The notes below the pieces were generated by a model. It was not told where the DNA came from and searched no databases. It worked only from the letters and a program-made list of their open reading frames with translations. A program made the position numbers and the translations under genes. From Candidatus Poribacteria bacterium (lineage in GTDB: Bacteria > Poribacteria > WGA-4E > WGA-3G), in NCBI GenBank assembly GCA_965242965.1, contig OZ251518.1, positions 2,169,838 through 2,233,837 on the forward strand: DNA of 64,000 nucleotides, written 5' to 3'. Of this stretch, positions 1 through 8,655 are shown in pieces (position 1 is the first letter of the stretch; every line of letters begins with the position of its first letter).

Positions 1-918
1 GCCGGGGAGCGCGCCGTTATCACTCGTGACGAAAATGAGCGTGTCATCGGTTTTGCCGGTGCGTTCCAACGCCGCCATTACTTGTCCCACCATCCAATCA
101 ACGAGCCAAACCAGATCGCCGCGAGGCCCGGCACTGCTTTGTCCTCGTGCGAAGTCTGGCACGACTGCCTCTGTGCACGGTTCATGCGGCGCGGAAGGAG
201 TGAGATAGAGGAAGAAGGGTGCATCCGCCTCGGATTGTCCTTCAATGTATTCCACTGCCTTTTGCGCGATACTCGGGTCGGCGTTTTTATGTTCCCAACT
301 CGGTGCCATCATGCCGGGACGACTCGTAAACTCTGGGACCTCGTGATAGACGTTGGGGATTTCCACAAACGCGTCATTCTCTATGAAGCCGTAGGGAGGC
401 TGGCAGGTGGGGCATCCGGCGTTGCCGTAGAAATAGTCAAAGCCTAAATCAACGGGACCGCCTGTTAACGGCGCGGTGAAGTCAATATGTTCCTCTAGTT
501 CGCGGCTGGCGTTCCCCCACGGTAGCGGCGAGTTAAAATCGTAATCGTAACCGGGCACCGTTGAAAAGCCGAGCCCTAGGTGCCATTTGCCGACGCATGC
601 GGTGTTGTAACCAGCACTTTTCAGCAGGCTTGCTACCGTTGCGCGTTCCGGCTCAATGAGCGGCGGTTCATAGCCGTAAAGCACGCCGTGTTTGAGGCGG
701 CTTCGCCAGCAGTATCTACCGGTGAGGACACCGTATCGGGTGGGCGTGCAGACAGCGGAGGGAGAATGCGCGTCGGTGAAGCGGATTCCCTCCCGCGCGA
801 GTTTGTCCATATTCGGCGTTGGAATTTTCGAGTCGGAGTTATAGCATCCGACATCGCCGTATCCCATATCGTCCGCCATGATAAAAACGATGTTTGGAGG
901 TGAAGTTTGCTTTTGCAT
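1..918 (-). CDS. arylsulfatase-family sulfatase, N-terminal ~306 aa (3' end lies beyond the window edge)
   Basis: Hand translation of the minus strand from the ATG at 918..916 gives MQKQTSPPNIVFIMADDMGYGDVGCYNSDSKIPTPNMDKLAREGIRFTDAHSPSAVCTPTRYGVLT... with the sulfatase C-T-P-T-R active-site motif. Further downstream it reads ...LIEPERATVASLLKSAGYNTACVGKWHLG... The frame stays open to position 1; the ORF track omits it because it runs off the edge. Confidence 0.85.
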   Translation of the reverse strand, partial: MQKQTSPPNIVFIMADDMGYGDVGCYNSDSKIPTPNMDKLAREGIRFTDAHSPSAVCTPTRYGVLTGRYCWRSRLKHGVLYGYEPPLIEPERATVASLLKSAGYNTACVGKWHLGLGFSTVPGYDYDFNSPLPWGNASRELEEHIDFTAPLTGGPVDLGFDYFYGNAGCPTCQPPYGFIENDAFVEIPNVYHEVPEFTSRPGMMAPSWEHKNADPSIAQKAVEYIEGQSEADAPFFLYLTPSAPHEPCTEAVVPDFARGQSSAGPRGDLVWLVDWMVGQVMAALERTGKTDDTLIFVTSDNGALPG

Positions 919-940
919 AGTTTGAACGAGATATCCTTCA

Positions 941-2014
941 TCACTTTTGGAATTTCGCCTTTAATTCCGCCAGTTCATTCTCAATGGACGCTTCTTCGGC
1001 ATAACCGGCGAATTCCCGTTCACGTTTGGCATCCGTGAAATCAACATCCGCTTCCGCCGCTGCCTTTGCCAAAGTGGATGCATCGGATACGTCCTGCTCC
1101 ATCTTTTCAAGCAGTTCAAACGCTCTGTTATCCTGAACTTCTTCCAGCATCTGCCGGAGATGTTCGTGCGCATTGACGTTTGTGTGCTGCGCGATGACGA
1201 CATCTCGCTTTCGCTGAGTCTCCGCCGTTTTTTGCTGGAGTGTCTCTAATAGTGCAGTGAGTTGCGCGACGATTTGTTGCTGCTCCGTCCATTGCGCTTT
1301 ATATCGGCTTGCGAGTTGTCGGTATTCGTTGCGCCGTTTCAGGTCTTCGCGTGCCAGGTCTTCGCGGTCGGCTTGGATAGCGATAGTGGCGCGTTCTTCG
1401 CACCGTTCGGCTTGCGCGAGCGCGCCTTCATAAGCATCCCGCAACTGCTTTTCTATGCCAATAGATGCATCCACTTTCTGTCGCGCTTCAGTCAGTTGAT
1501 TCGTCATTTCAAGAATGGCATCGTCTAGCACACTTTCTGGTTCTTCGGTTTCGGGAACTTCTACTTCCTCCGGTTCTGGTTCCGCTTCCACAACAACCGT
1601 GCGCGCCAACTTATCCCCGAGTCTTTGCCGCTTTTGCCCGAAGGACCAGATCAGATCGAGAGGTTGGAGAACTAGGCCGGTAAAACGGCGCACGAACGCA
1701 TCTTTGAAGGTGCAAGGTTCGCCATCTTTGAGTCGGACTACCCGCAGCGACAGCAGCCTTTTGCCGAAACCCTGTCCGTTTCTGAGTCCGTCCATAAAGA
1801 GTGCGCCGAATGTCCACAACGCAAAAGATGCACCCGAAAAAAGGATAGATGCCGCGTCGTCGGACATATCGTAATGCAGCAATGCAGCTAACATAAGCAA
1901 CATCATTTGGACTGCAAATAACAACGCGCCATCAATGAAGAGCGCGACGGTGCGTGCCATTCGGGAACCCAAGGTGAACTTTTTTCCGGCAATTTTGATA
2001 GTCGGCATGAGCAA
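941..2014 (-). CDS. membrane protein with N-terminal RDD-family domain fused to a PspA/IM30 (Vipp1, ESCRT-III-like) coiled-coil domain
   Basis: 357-aa ORF. The N-terminal ~150 aa is hydrophobic with an RDD-like pattern (R..ALFIDGAL..., ...RLGDKLARTVVV). An acidic linker (EAEPEPEEVEVPETEEPE) follows. The C-terminal ~190 aa is collinear with PspA: ADREDLAREDL resembles PspA REDLARAAL, and the C-terminal ENELAELKAKFQK resembles PspA FAELKAD...LAQLKAKMKQ. Confidence 0.6.
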   Translation of the reverse strand: MLMPTIKIAGKKFTLGSRMARTVALFIDGALLFAVQMMLLMLAALLHYDMSDDAASILFSGASFALWTFGALFMDGLRNGQGFGKRLLSLRVVRLKDGEPCTFKDAFVRRFTGLVLQPLDLIWSFGQKRQRLGDKLARTVVVEAEPEPEEVEVPETEEPESVLDDAILEMTNQLTEARQKVDASIGIEKQLRDAYEGALAQAERCEERATIAIQADREDLAREDLKRRNEYRQLASRYKAQWTEQQQIVAQLTALLETLQQKTAETQRKRDVVIAQHTNVNAHEHLRQMLEEVQDNRAFELLEKMEQDVSDASTLAKAAAEADVDFTDAKREREFAGYAEEASIENELAELKAKFQK

Positions 2015-2039
2015 TTTCCTCCGAGAGGGATGCGTGCGC

Positions 2040-2437
2040 TCGCGCTGCGTCGGGCGAAGGAGTTAGCGCGTTCGCTCGGGTTCAGTGTCGGCGCGGACCG
2101 GTTTCTGCTGAAATTTCGTCTTTCAATATAGAGACTCCAACCGGCAAAAAGGATAGTAACATTCTGCTTTCCCGGTAGGAGAGACCTCCAGGTCTCGATG
2201 CAACCTCCCCGTAGGAGAGACCTCCCGGTCTCGATTTCTGCCGCCCGCTGTCTGCAATTCAGGAGCAGGTGCTCCTGAACTACAGGCGGCGCGCACCCGA
2301 GCCCTGTAGTTCGGGTGCGCCTGCACCCGAACAGGTTAAGGTATCTCCTAGCCAGCGGGCATCGAGACCAGGAGGTCTCTCCTACTTAGAGCCATCGAGA
2401 CCGGGGCGCGCCTACCTCTCATCCTCAAGAACTTGAT
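2040..2437. repeat. intergenic repeat block (family B x4, family D)
   Basis: GGTAGGAGAGACCTCCAGGTCTCGATGCAA, CCGTAGGAGAGACCTCCCGGTCTCGATTTC and inverse copies at 2360..2400. Family-D dumbbell at 2262..2335. Confidence 0.75.
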
Positions 2438-2698
2438 TCACCGGAAAGAAGCATCGCTGATGTGCACATTTACCGGTGGCGGGCCGCCGAGTTCAATATC
2501 CATCAGCACAGGAATTGAGGCTGGCGGCGGAACAGCCGTTCCTTCCGCCTGTAGTGCCTCAATGTGGAGTTGAATCGCTTCCACAATCAAGGTGCGCACC
2601 TCGTCCAAGTTCTCGCCGACAGCGACGCAGCCGGGCAAGTCTGGGAGGTAAGCACCGTAACTCTCCTCGCCTTTTTCAAAAATGACGACATATTGCAT
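2438..2698 (-). CDS. HicB-like antitoxin (UPF0150 family), orphan
   Basis: 86 aa: MQYVVIFEKGEESYGAYLPDLPGCVAVGENLDEVRTLIVEAIQLHIEAL matches the HicB N-domain consensus (Y.V.FE.dEDGgY.a..PDLPGC...G.TlEEA..n..EAI.lhlE). It starts 8 bp after the stop of the upstream oxidoreductase gene. No HicA-like ORF is nearby. Confidence 0.7.
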   Translation of the reverse strand: MQYVVIFEKGEESYGAYLPDLPGCVAVGENLDEVRTLIVEAIQLHIEALQAEGTAVPPPASIPVLMDIELGGPPPVNVHISDASFR

Positions 2699-2706
2699 GG
2701 CATTCT

Positions 2707-3765
2707 CTACAACTGCGGCACCGTCACTGCCACCTCGCGGCCGCCGTTTTCAGAGGAGTCAATAACTCCCTGAATGATAACGTTGGTAAGCATCACGCCG
2801 TAAGGTTCAATAGGCGACGGTTTGCCCTCGCGCACGGCATCGACAAACGCTGCGTCTTCCGCCCGGAACACGTCAACCGATTCAAATTCGGTGAATTCCT
2901 CGTCGTGGATTTCGCCATCTTTATCGCCATAGACGCGCACGCCGTCTTGCGGCCCACGCACTTCGCCGATGCCGAGTCGGAGTCCCGCCTTTTTACCGAG
3001 GAAAATCGTGCCGCCGAGGGAGTCCATGTTCATGCACCAGCATGTCTTGAATACCATCCGCGCGCCGTTTTCAAACACCACCCAGCCGATGCCGAAATCC
3101 TCCACTTCTGTCTCGCGCAACGCCGGATTCCATGTGTTGTTCAAGCTGAGGTAGTTGGAGGTAATGCCTGACACCGCGACCGGCTTGGGATGCCCCATCA
3201 GGTAAAGTGCCGTGTCCAACGCATAAACGCCGATGTCCGCTGACGCGCCAAGCCCGGCTGTCGCTTTGCGGATGAAGCTGCCGCCGGGATTGCCGCGCCG
3301 TCTATCCGCCACGGTTTCAACGTAGTAAATATCGCCGAGGGTGCCAGCGTCAACGATTTCCTTCGCTTTGATGACTTGCGCGGAATAGCGGAGTTTGAGT
3401 CCTACCATCAAGATTTTATCGTTTTCTTGTGAAGCGCGCCACATCGCGGCGGCCGCGTCCAGCGTCGCCTCCATCGGCTTTTCGCAGAAGACATGTTTGC
3501 CGGCGTTCAGCGAAGCGACGGTGGGCGCGGCATGCACACCAGTCGGCGTGCAGACGTAGACAGCCTCAATCTCGTCCATTTTGAGCATTTCGTTGTAGTC
3601 GCTAAACGTGTGTTTGATACCCCACCGTTCTTTCGCGCGTTCCAAGTTTGCAGGGACAAGATCTGCCGCGGCGATAATCTCTGCGCCATCAATGTTCGCG
3701 AGCGTTCCGCAGTGTGCCTGCGCGATGCCGCCCGCACCAATTAACCCAAGTTTGACTGTTCTCAT
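2707..3765 (-). CDS. Gfo/Idh/MocA family NAD(P)-dependent oxidoreductase
   Basis: MRTVKLGLIGAGGIAQAHC... Rossmann N-terminus and EKPMEATLDAA motif typical of the family. The start is moved to the internal ATG (MRT) preceded by AGGAGA; the longer track ORF begins at 3795. Confidence 0.85.
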   Translation of the reverse strand: MRTVKLGLIGAGGIAQAHCGTLANIDGAEIIAAADLVPANLERAKERWGIKHTFSDYNEMLKMDEIEAVYVCTPTGVHAAPTVASLNAGKHVFCEKPMEATLDAAAAMWRASQENDKILMVGLKLRYSAQVIKAKEIVDAGTLGDIYYVETVADRRRGNPGGSFIRKATAGLGASADIGVYALDTALYLMGHPKPVAVSGITSNYLSLNNTWNPALRETEVEDFGIGWVVFENGARMVFKTCWCMNMDSLGGTIFLGKKAGLRLGIGEVRGPQDGVRVYGDKDGEIHDEEFTEFESVDVFRAEDAAFVDAVREGKPSPIEPYGVMLTNVIIQGVIDSSENGGREVAVTVPQL

Positions 3766-3811
3766 TTTATCTCCTATCGGGACCTGAAGGGCCACCTATC
3801 GGTTCTATTTT

Positions 3812-4200
3812 ATGTGAGAGTGTTTCATAAATCGTCCAACGTCGCGGTGATAGGCCCCGCGATGCGGTGAAAAAAACGCCTCACCTTCACGTAGGGCGAG
3901 GGCCCTCGGATGCCACACGCGCATGCGAGAGGGTTCCCCTCGCCATCATCCGCGCAATCTAACGATCTCGGGGGACAGGCCCCCGCGCTACGGTGAAAAA
4001 ACGCCACCCCTTCACGTAGGGCGAGGGCCTGTCCCTCGCCATCGTTTTGGTGTCAGAACGCATCACCCCTGTAGTTCAGGATCGCCTGATCCTGACCCGT
4101 TCGGGAGCGGGCGCTCCCGAACTACAGAGGTGGGCCCGATGCCTGCCGGTATGCGCCTGCCCTCCAAGGCGGGATAAATACCGAAACGGATTTATGAAAC
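3812..4200. mobile_element. composite MITE-like element with ~19-bp terminal inverted repeats GAG(G/C)GTGTTTCATAAATC and nested palindromic modules
   Basis: Left end gagagtgtttcataaatcg (3814..3832); right end ggatttatgaaacacgctc (4182..4200). Inside are family-A hairpins (GGCGAGGGCCTGTCCCTCGCC, GGGGGACAGGCCCCC), the family-D dumbbell (CCTGTAGTTCAGGATCGCCTGATCCTGACCCGTTCGGGAGCGGGCGCTCCCGAACTACAGAGG) and a conserved GGTGGGCCCGATG...CCAAGGCGGGATAAATACCGAAACGGATTTATGAAACAC arm. Other copies lie at 20259..20690 and 26678..26945; single ends at 6783..6800, 28293..28312, 30856..30878 and 45775..45793. Confidence 0.7.
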
Positions 4201-4314
4201 ACGCTCACTAAATTTTAACGCATTCTGTTTTGGAAGTCAAGAAAAATTGTTTGAAATAATTTCGCGCTTGAGGTATAGTGCAACGATACGATTACATTCG
4301 CGGAGGAAAACCTT

Positions 4315-5354
4315 GTGAAAGCGGCACAATTCTATGGCGGAAAAGACATCAGGGTAGAAACCGTCCCAGACCCGAGTCCTCAAGAAGGAGAGGTGCTCGT
4401 GCAAGTGGAAGCGGCGGGTATCTGTGGCAGTGACCTGCACGGATATCACCATTCGCCGGAAAATCCCTTGGCCCCTCGCATCGGCGGGCACGAACTAATG
4501 GGCGAAATTCTCGATACCGGCAAAGGCACAAGCGACTCTCCCTCGCATATCAAACGAGGCAGTCGAGTTGCGATTGAACCGATTGTCCCGTGTAACTTCT
4601 GCCCGGAATGCCTCAACGGTTACTATAACATCTGCGCCAAACTGCGGCATGGCGGTGGCGGGTTTGCGGAATTCATGGTTGCCCCTGTCTCCAATGCGTA
4701 TGCGTTGCCGGCTAGCGTTTCAGTTGAGGGCGGTGCGCTGGCAGAGGTTTACGCCGTCGCCGTTCACGCTGTCAACCGCGCGATGGTTTCACCGGGGAAC
4801 GGGTTGCGATTATTGGCAGCGGTCCAGTCGGACTGACAATTGCGCAAGTGGCAGATGTTGCCGGTGCTACTTCTATCGCCATGTTAGGGAAGCCGGATGA
4901 GCCCCTCCAAATCGCCCACGAAGCGGTAGGTGCCGTGTCTATCAACGTCGATAAAACGGATGCCGTTGCGGCGATTCAGGAGTGGAGCGATGGCAGGGGT
5001 GCCGATGTCGTTTTTGAGGCAGTCGGCGGCACGGCAAATACGCTTGAACAGGCGACCGAGGTAGCCGCGAAACGGGGTAGAGTCTGTATGGTAGGAGGGC
5101 ATCGCACACCGCTTACGTTTTCGGAACGGTTCGCGCGGAGCAGAGAGCTTACTGTCATCTGGTCCTTCTGTTATGGCAGGCGCGGCGGGAAGACAGAGTT
5201 CCAAATCGCCATCGATTTACTCGCCGCTGGGAAACTCGATCCGAGTCCGTTGGTAACGCATCGGTTTGCTCTTGATGATATTAGTGAAGCGTTCGCTGTT
5301 GCTGCTGGCCGAGATGCGCACGGTTCTGTCAAAGTGCTTGTTTTTCCTAACTAG
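4315..5354 (+). pseudogene. zinc-dependent alcohol dehydrogenase (MDR family, sorbitol/threonine dehydrogenase-like) interrupted by a 1-nt frameshift
   Basis: Two adjacent ORFs (4315..4836 and 4848..5354) together cover an MDR dehydrogenase. The first carries GICGSDLHGYHH and CNFCPECLNGYYNIC (structural Zn site). Hand translation of the other frame at ~4805 gives VAIIGSGPVGLTIAQVADVAGA (GxGxxG NAD site), which continues into the second ORF. The frame switches near ccggggaacggg (4790..4805). A promoter (TTGAAA 4251..4256, 17-nt spacer, TATAGT 4274..4279) and GGAGG before the GTG start are present. Confidence 0.75.
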
Positions 5355-5633
5355 ACAAGCACACGCCACAGCCGCGGCGATCGCGGGGGACAGGCCCCCG
5401 CGCTACGGTAACCGAGAACGGTTCCTTTCACCGTAGGGCGAGGGCCTGTCCCTCGCCGTGCTATCGGGCACACGTGCGCTCAGCACCTCTGTAGGGCAGG
5501 ATCGCCTGATCCTGCCCGTTCGGGATCAGGCGATCCCGAACTACAGTCGCTCTTAGGTCCTACGGACCTGAAGAGATGTTTTTCACGGGTGTGATCGCGG
5601 GGGACAGGCCCCCGCGCTACGGTAACCGAGACA

Positions 5634-6284
5634 ATGGAGTTCAAAAACATGGAATCACTTAATCTACTCGTTTTTGTTGGAACGGAAGGCATCTACCACG
5701 AACATGCCGGCAACGGGCAATTCCTAACGAAGATGCTCAATGCCTCCGACGATATTACTGCCACCTTTTCGCAAGACTACGATGTGCTTGCAGATGGACT
5801 CGGCGCGTATCACGTCGCGCTTTTCTACACCGATGTCGGGGAACTGACAGCGGCGCAAGAGACAGGGTTGCTGCGCTTTATCAAATCAGGCGGCGGCTTT
5901 TTCGGATTACACACAGCGGCTGCATCCTTCCGAGAATCTGAGGGATACCACGGGATGCTCAATGGGTTTTTCAACGGACATAGTCCTTACATGGACTTCA
6001 CCGTCACCGTGAGCGACACGGCGCATCCGATTACAGAAGGGCTATCCGACTTTGATGTCACCGATGAGCTCTACTATCTGAAGCATGATGCGAGTGCATC
6101 GCATCATCTTATGCATGCGTATGACGAGACGAAGGATGAAACGCATGTCATGGCGTTCCATCACCTGTATGGCGAGGGGAGAGTCTTCTACTTCGCGCTG
6201 GGGCACGATCTGGCTGTGCTTGAGAATCGGAGTTTTCAGGCAGTCATTCGCCGGGGTGTGTTGTGGGCTGGCAGACGTATTTAG
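5634..6284 (+). CDS. ThuA-domain protein (class-I glutamine amidotransferase-like fold)
   Basis: GGGFFGLHTAAASF and GEGRVFYFALGH motifs typical of the ThuA family; 216 aa. Confidence 0.7.
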   Translation: MEFKNMESLNLLVFVGTEGIYHEHAGNGQFLTKMLNASDDITATFSQDYDVLADGLGAYHVALFYTDVGELTAAQETGLLRFIKSGGGFFGLHTAAASFRESEGYHGMLNGFFNGHSPYMDFTVTVSDTAHPITEGLSDFDVTDELYYLKHDASASHHLMHAYDETKDETHVMAFHHLYGEGRVFYFALGHDLAVLENRSFQAVIRRGVLWAGRRI

Positions 6285-6810
6285 CAAGAGGGGAACAGGA
6301 TTTGCAGGATTAGCAGGATTAGCAAGAGAGGAGCAGGATTTGCAGGATTGACAAGATTAGCAAGAGGGGTCCGTAGCGCGGGGGCCTGTCCCCCGCGATC
6401 GCCCGCGTGCCCCCAGAGACTGTAGTTCGGGATCGCCTGATCCCGAACGGCGCATGGCGAGGAGAATCCTTTCCTGGCCCGTAGCGCGGGGGCCTGTCCC
6501 CCGCGATCGTTCGATCCGCGCGAAAAACGAACGCCGACAAAGGCCGTTTCCCTCCCGATCGAGGCACGGCGAGGGACAGGCCCTCGCCCTACGGTGAAAC
6601 GGAGACGGCCTTGCATACCGTAGCGCGGGGGCCTGTCCCCCGCGATCGTTCGATCCGCGCGAAAAACGCACGCCGACAAAATCCGTTTCCCTCCCGACCG
6701 AGGCATGGCGAGGGACAGGCCCTCGCCCTACGTGAAGAGAGGCGTTTTTTTAACCGTAGCGCGGGGGACAGGCCCCCGCGAACGATTTATGAAACCCCTT
6801 CATTTAAATG
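6285..6810. repeat. intergenic repeat block: family-F 9-bp tandem repeats, then two ~140-bp tandem composite family-A units
   Basis: 6290..6355 reads GCAGGATTAGCAGGATTAGCAAGAG.. GCAGGATTTGCAGGATTGACAAGATTAGCAAGAG. 6470..6610 and 6610..6750 are near-identical: ACCGTAGCGCGGGGGCCTGTCCCCCGCGATCGTTCGATCCGCGCGAAAAACG..GGCGAGGGACAGGCCCTCGCCCTACG. Confidence 0.8.
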
Positions 6811-8118
6811 TTAAATAGTGAAGAGTTCTTCAATGACATTGCCATCGTTGGCGACGCGGATGGGGCGGCCGGAACGTGAGTAGTTCTCTTCTTGCGCGTC
6901 GATGCCGAGGGCAAAACAGAGGGATGCAAACAGATCTGGCACGCCTATCGGGGCTGTGAGAACCTTAGTGCCATCGACATCGGTGCTGCCGATAACCTGT
7001 CCGCCACGGATGCCACCGCCTGCAATTACGGCAGACCAGCCGTTTGTATGATGGTCCCGGCCTTCATTCCCGTTAATCCGCGGTGTCCGCCCGAATTCGC
7101 CGAGCCATAAGACGATAGTCTGGTCCAGCAAATCGCGTGCTTCTAAGTCTTTGAGGAGCATGGCAAACGCTGGATCTACGGCGTTGAGGAGCTCTTCGGT
7201 GCGCTGAAAGTTATTTTCGTGGGTATCCCAGCCATCAAGGCTGACTTCAACGAAACTGACACCTGTCTCAATGAGCCGCCGAGCCATTAAACAGCCTTGT
7301 CCGAATTTGTTCATGCCGTAAGCCTCGCGAATCGCGATGGGCTCTTCGGAGAGGTGGAAGGCTTGGATATTCGGAGAGTTAATGAGTTGCTCCGCTTTTT
7401 TGTAAATGGCTTGATGCGCTTCGGTGCTGCGTCCTGTCCGTTTGGCGATAAAATCCTTCTCAATGGCATTGAGCATCTTGAGGCGTTCACGAAACCGGTG
7501 CCTGTCCATCTGTGCGGGATACCCGAGGTCTTCGACAGGTTCTATGGGGTTATTGACGAGGAAGGCATCGTGGGTTGCGCCGAGGAAACCGCTGGAATAC
7601 GTGGGCGAATTGATGTTAACGCAATTTGGTAGATTGGCGGCGTTGTTCTCCAAATAGTAGGAGGTTAGCGAACTGAGGGGAGGATGGTTTACGGTGCTGT
7701 CGGGTGCATAACCGGTGTGGAGCAGGTAACGCGCGCGTTCATGGTTTCCCTCGCGGGATACCATCGAGCGAATGATAGAGAGATGGTGTGCTTGCTCGGC
7801 GACGAGAGGCAGATGCTGAGAGACATGGATGTCTTTCACGCTCGTCGGTATTTCGGCGAACGGGCCGCCGTTTTTGCTGCCGGGTTTCGGATCGAAGGTA
7901 TCTAATTGACTGGCACCGCCGCTCATAAAGAGGACGATACAGTGTTTTGCGCGCGGCACAACTTCTTCGATCTGCGCGGAACCGGTGAAACCGAAGTGTT
8001 GCATGGCGACGAGGCCGAGGATGCCGCTCACGCCGCGCTTGAAAAACCCGCGCCGTGATATCTCGGTATGCCAGAGTTCGGGCGCGTCGTATTCGGGAAT
8101 CCAGACTTCTGATTTCAT
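6811..8118 (-). CDS. DUF1501 domain protein (sulfatase-like fold) with twin-arginine signal
   Basis: N-terminal RRGFFKRGVSGILGLVAMQ Tat-type signal. 435 aa with the conserved DUF1501 core (GGGIRGGQVIGSTD...). Confidence 0.8.
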   Translation of the reverse strand: MKSEVWIPEYDAPELWHTEISRRGFFKRGVSGILGLVAMQHFGFTGSAQIEEVVPRAKHCIVLFMSGGASQLDTFDPKPGSKNGGPFAEIPTSVKDIHVSQHLPLVAEQAHHLSIIRSMVSREGNHERARYLLHTGYAPDSTVNHPPLSSLTSYYLENNAANLPNCVNINSPTYSSGFLGATHDAFLVNNPIEPVEDLGYPAQMDRHRFRERLKMLNAIEKDFIAKRTGRSTEAHQAIYKKAEQLINSPNIQAFHLSEEPIAIREAYGMNKFGQGCLMARRLIETGVSFVEVSLDGWDTHENNFQRTEELLNAVDPAFAMLLKDLEARDLLDQTIVLWLGEFGRTPRINGNEGRDHHTNGWSAVIAGGGIRGGQVIGSTDVDGTKVLTAPIGVPDLFASLCFALGIDAQEENYSRSGRPIRVANDGNVIEELFTI

Positions 8119-8655
8119 GTTTTGCCTCCTTTGGTTTGTAGTGATAATTATGTTACCGTATTTAGGTGTTAAAATTCAAGAAAATTTTTGAATTGAGACC
8201 GCCTCTGTAGTTCGGGAGTGCCTGCTCCCGAACGGGTCAGGATCGGGCGATCCGATGAAGGGGACCGTTTTTCACCGTAGCGCAAGGGAGATAGCCGACC
8301 TGTCCCCCGCGATCGCAGGCATGGCGAGGGACAGGCCCACGCCCTACGGTAAACAGGAGCCGTTCCGGTTACCGTAGCGCGGGGGCCTGTCCCCCGCGAT
8401 TGTTGGGGTGTGCGAACGATGGCGAGGGACAGGCCCGCGCCCTACGGTAATACGGGGCGTTTTTTTACCGTCGACCCGTTCGGGATCAGGCGATCCCGAA
8501 CTACGGTCTTTTACAAGGTCCGGGCATGGCGAGGGACAGGCCCACGCCCTACGGGACGCGAGACGGTATGCATGACGTGCAATGGCGAGGGACAGGCCCA
8601 CGCCCTACGGGACGCGGGACGGTATGCATGACGTGCAAATGAAGAGGCGATGTCT

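Noticed and set aside
4068-4130. tRNA-like 63-nt element (family-D dumbbell)
   Set aside because: It has two hairpins inside a CTGTAG/CTACAG closing stem but no D-arm, T-loop (GTTCRANYC) or anticodon-arm geometry. It occurs in more than 20 copies as a repeat module.
6281-6706. ORFs translated from repeat DNA (AGDRPPRYG, VGRGPVPRH and SGAGAPELQ peptides). Other examples: 6319..6567, 6357..6671, 8344..8601, 12796..13122, 38879..39160, 53314..53688 and 57971..58457.
   Set aside because: They lie entirely in palindromic repeats and the same peptides recur on both strands and in several frames. They have no start context. They are artefacts of high-GC repeats.
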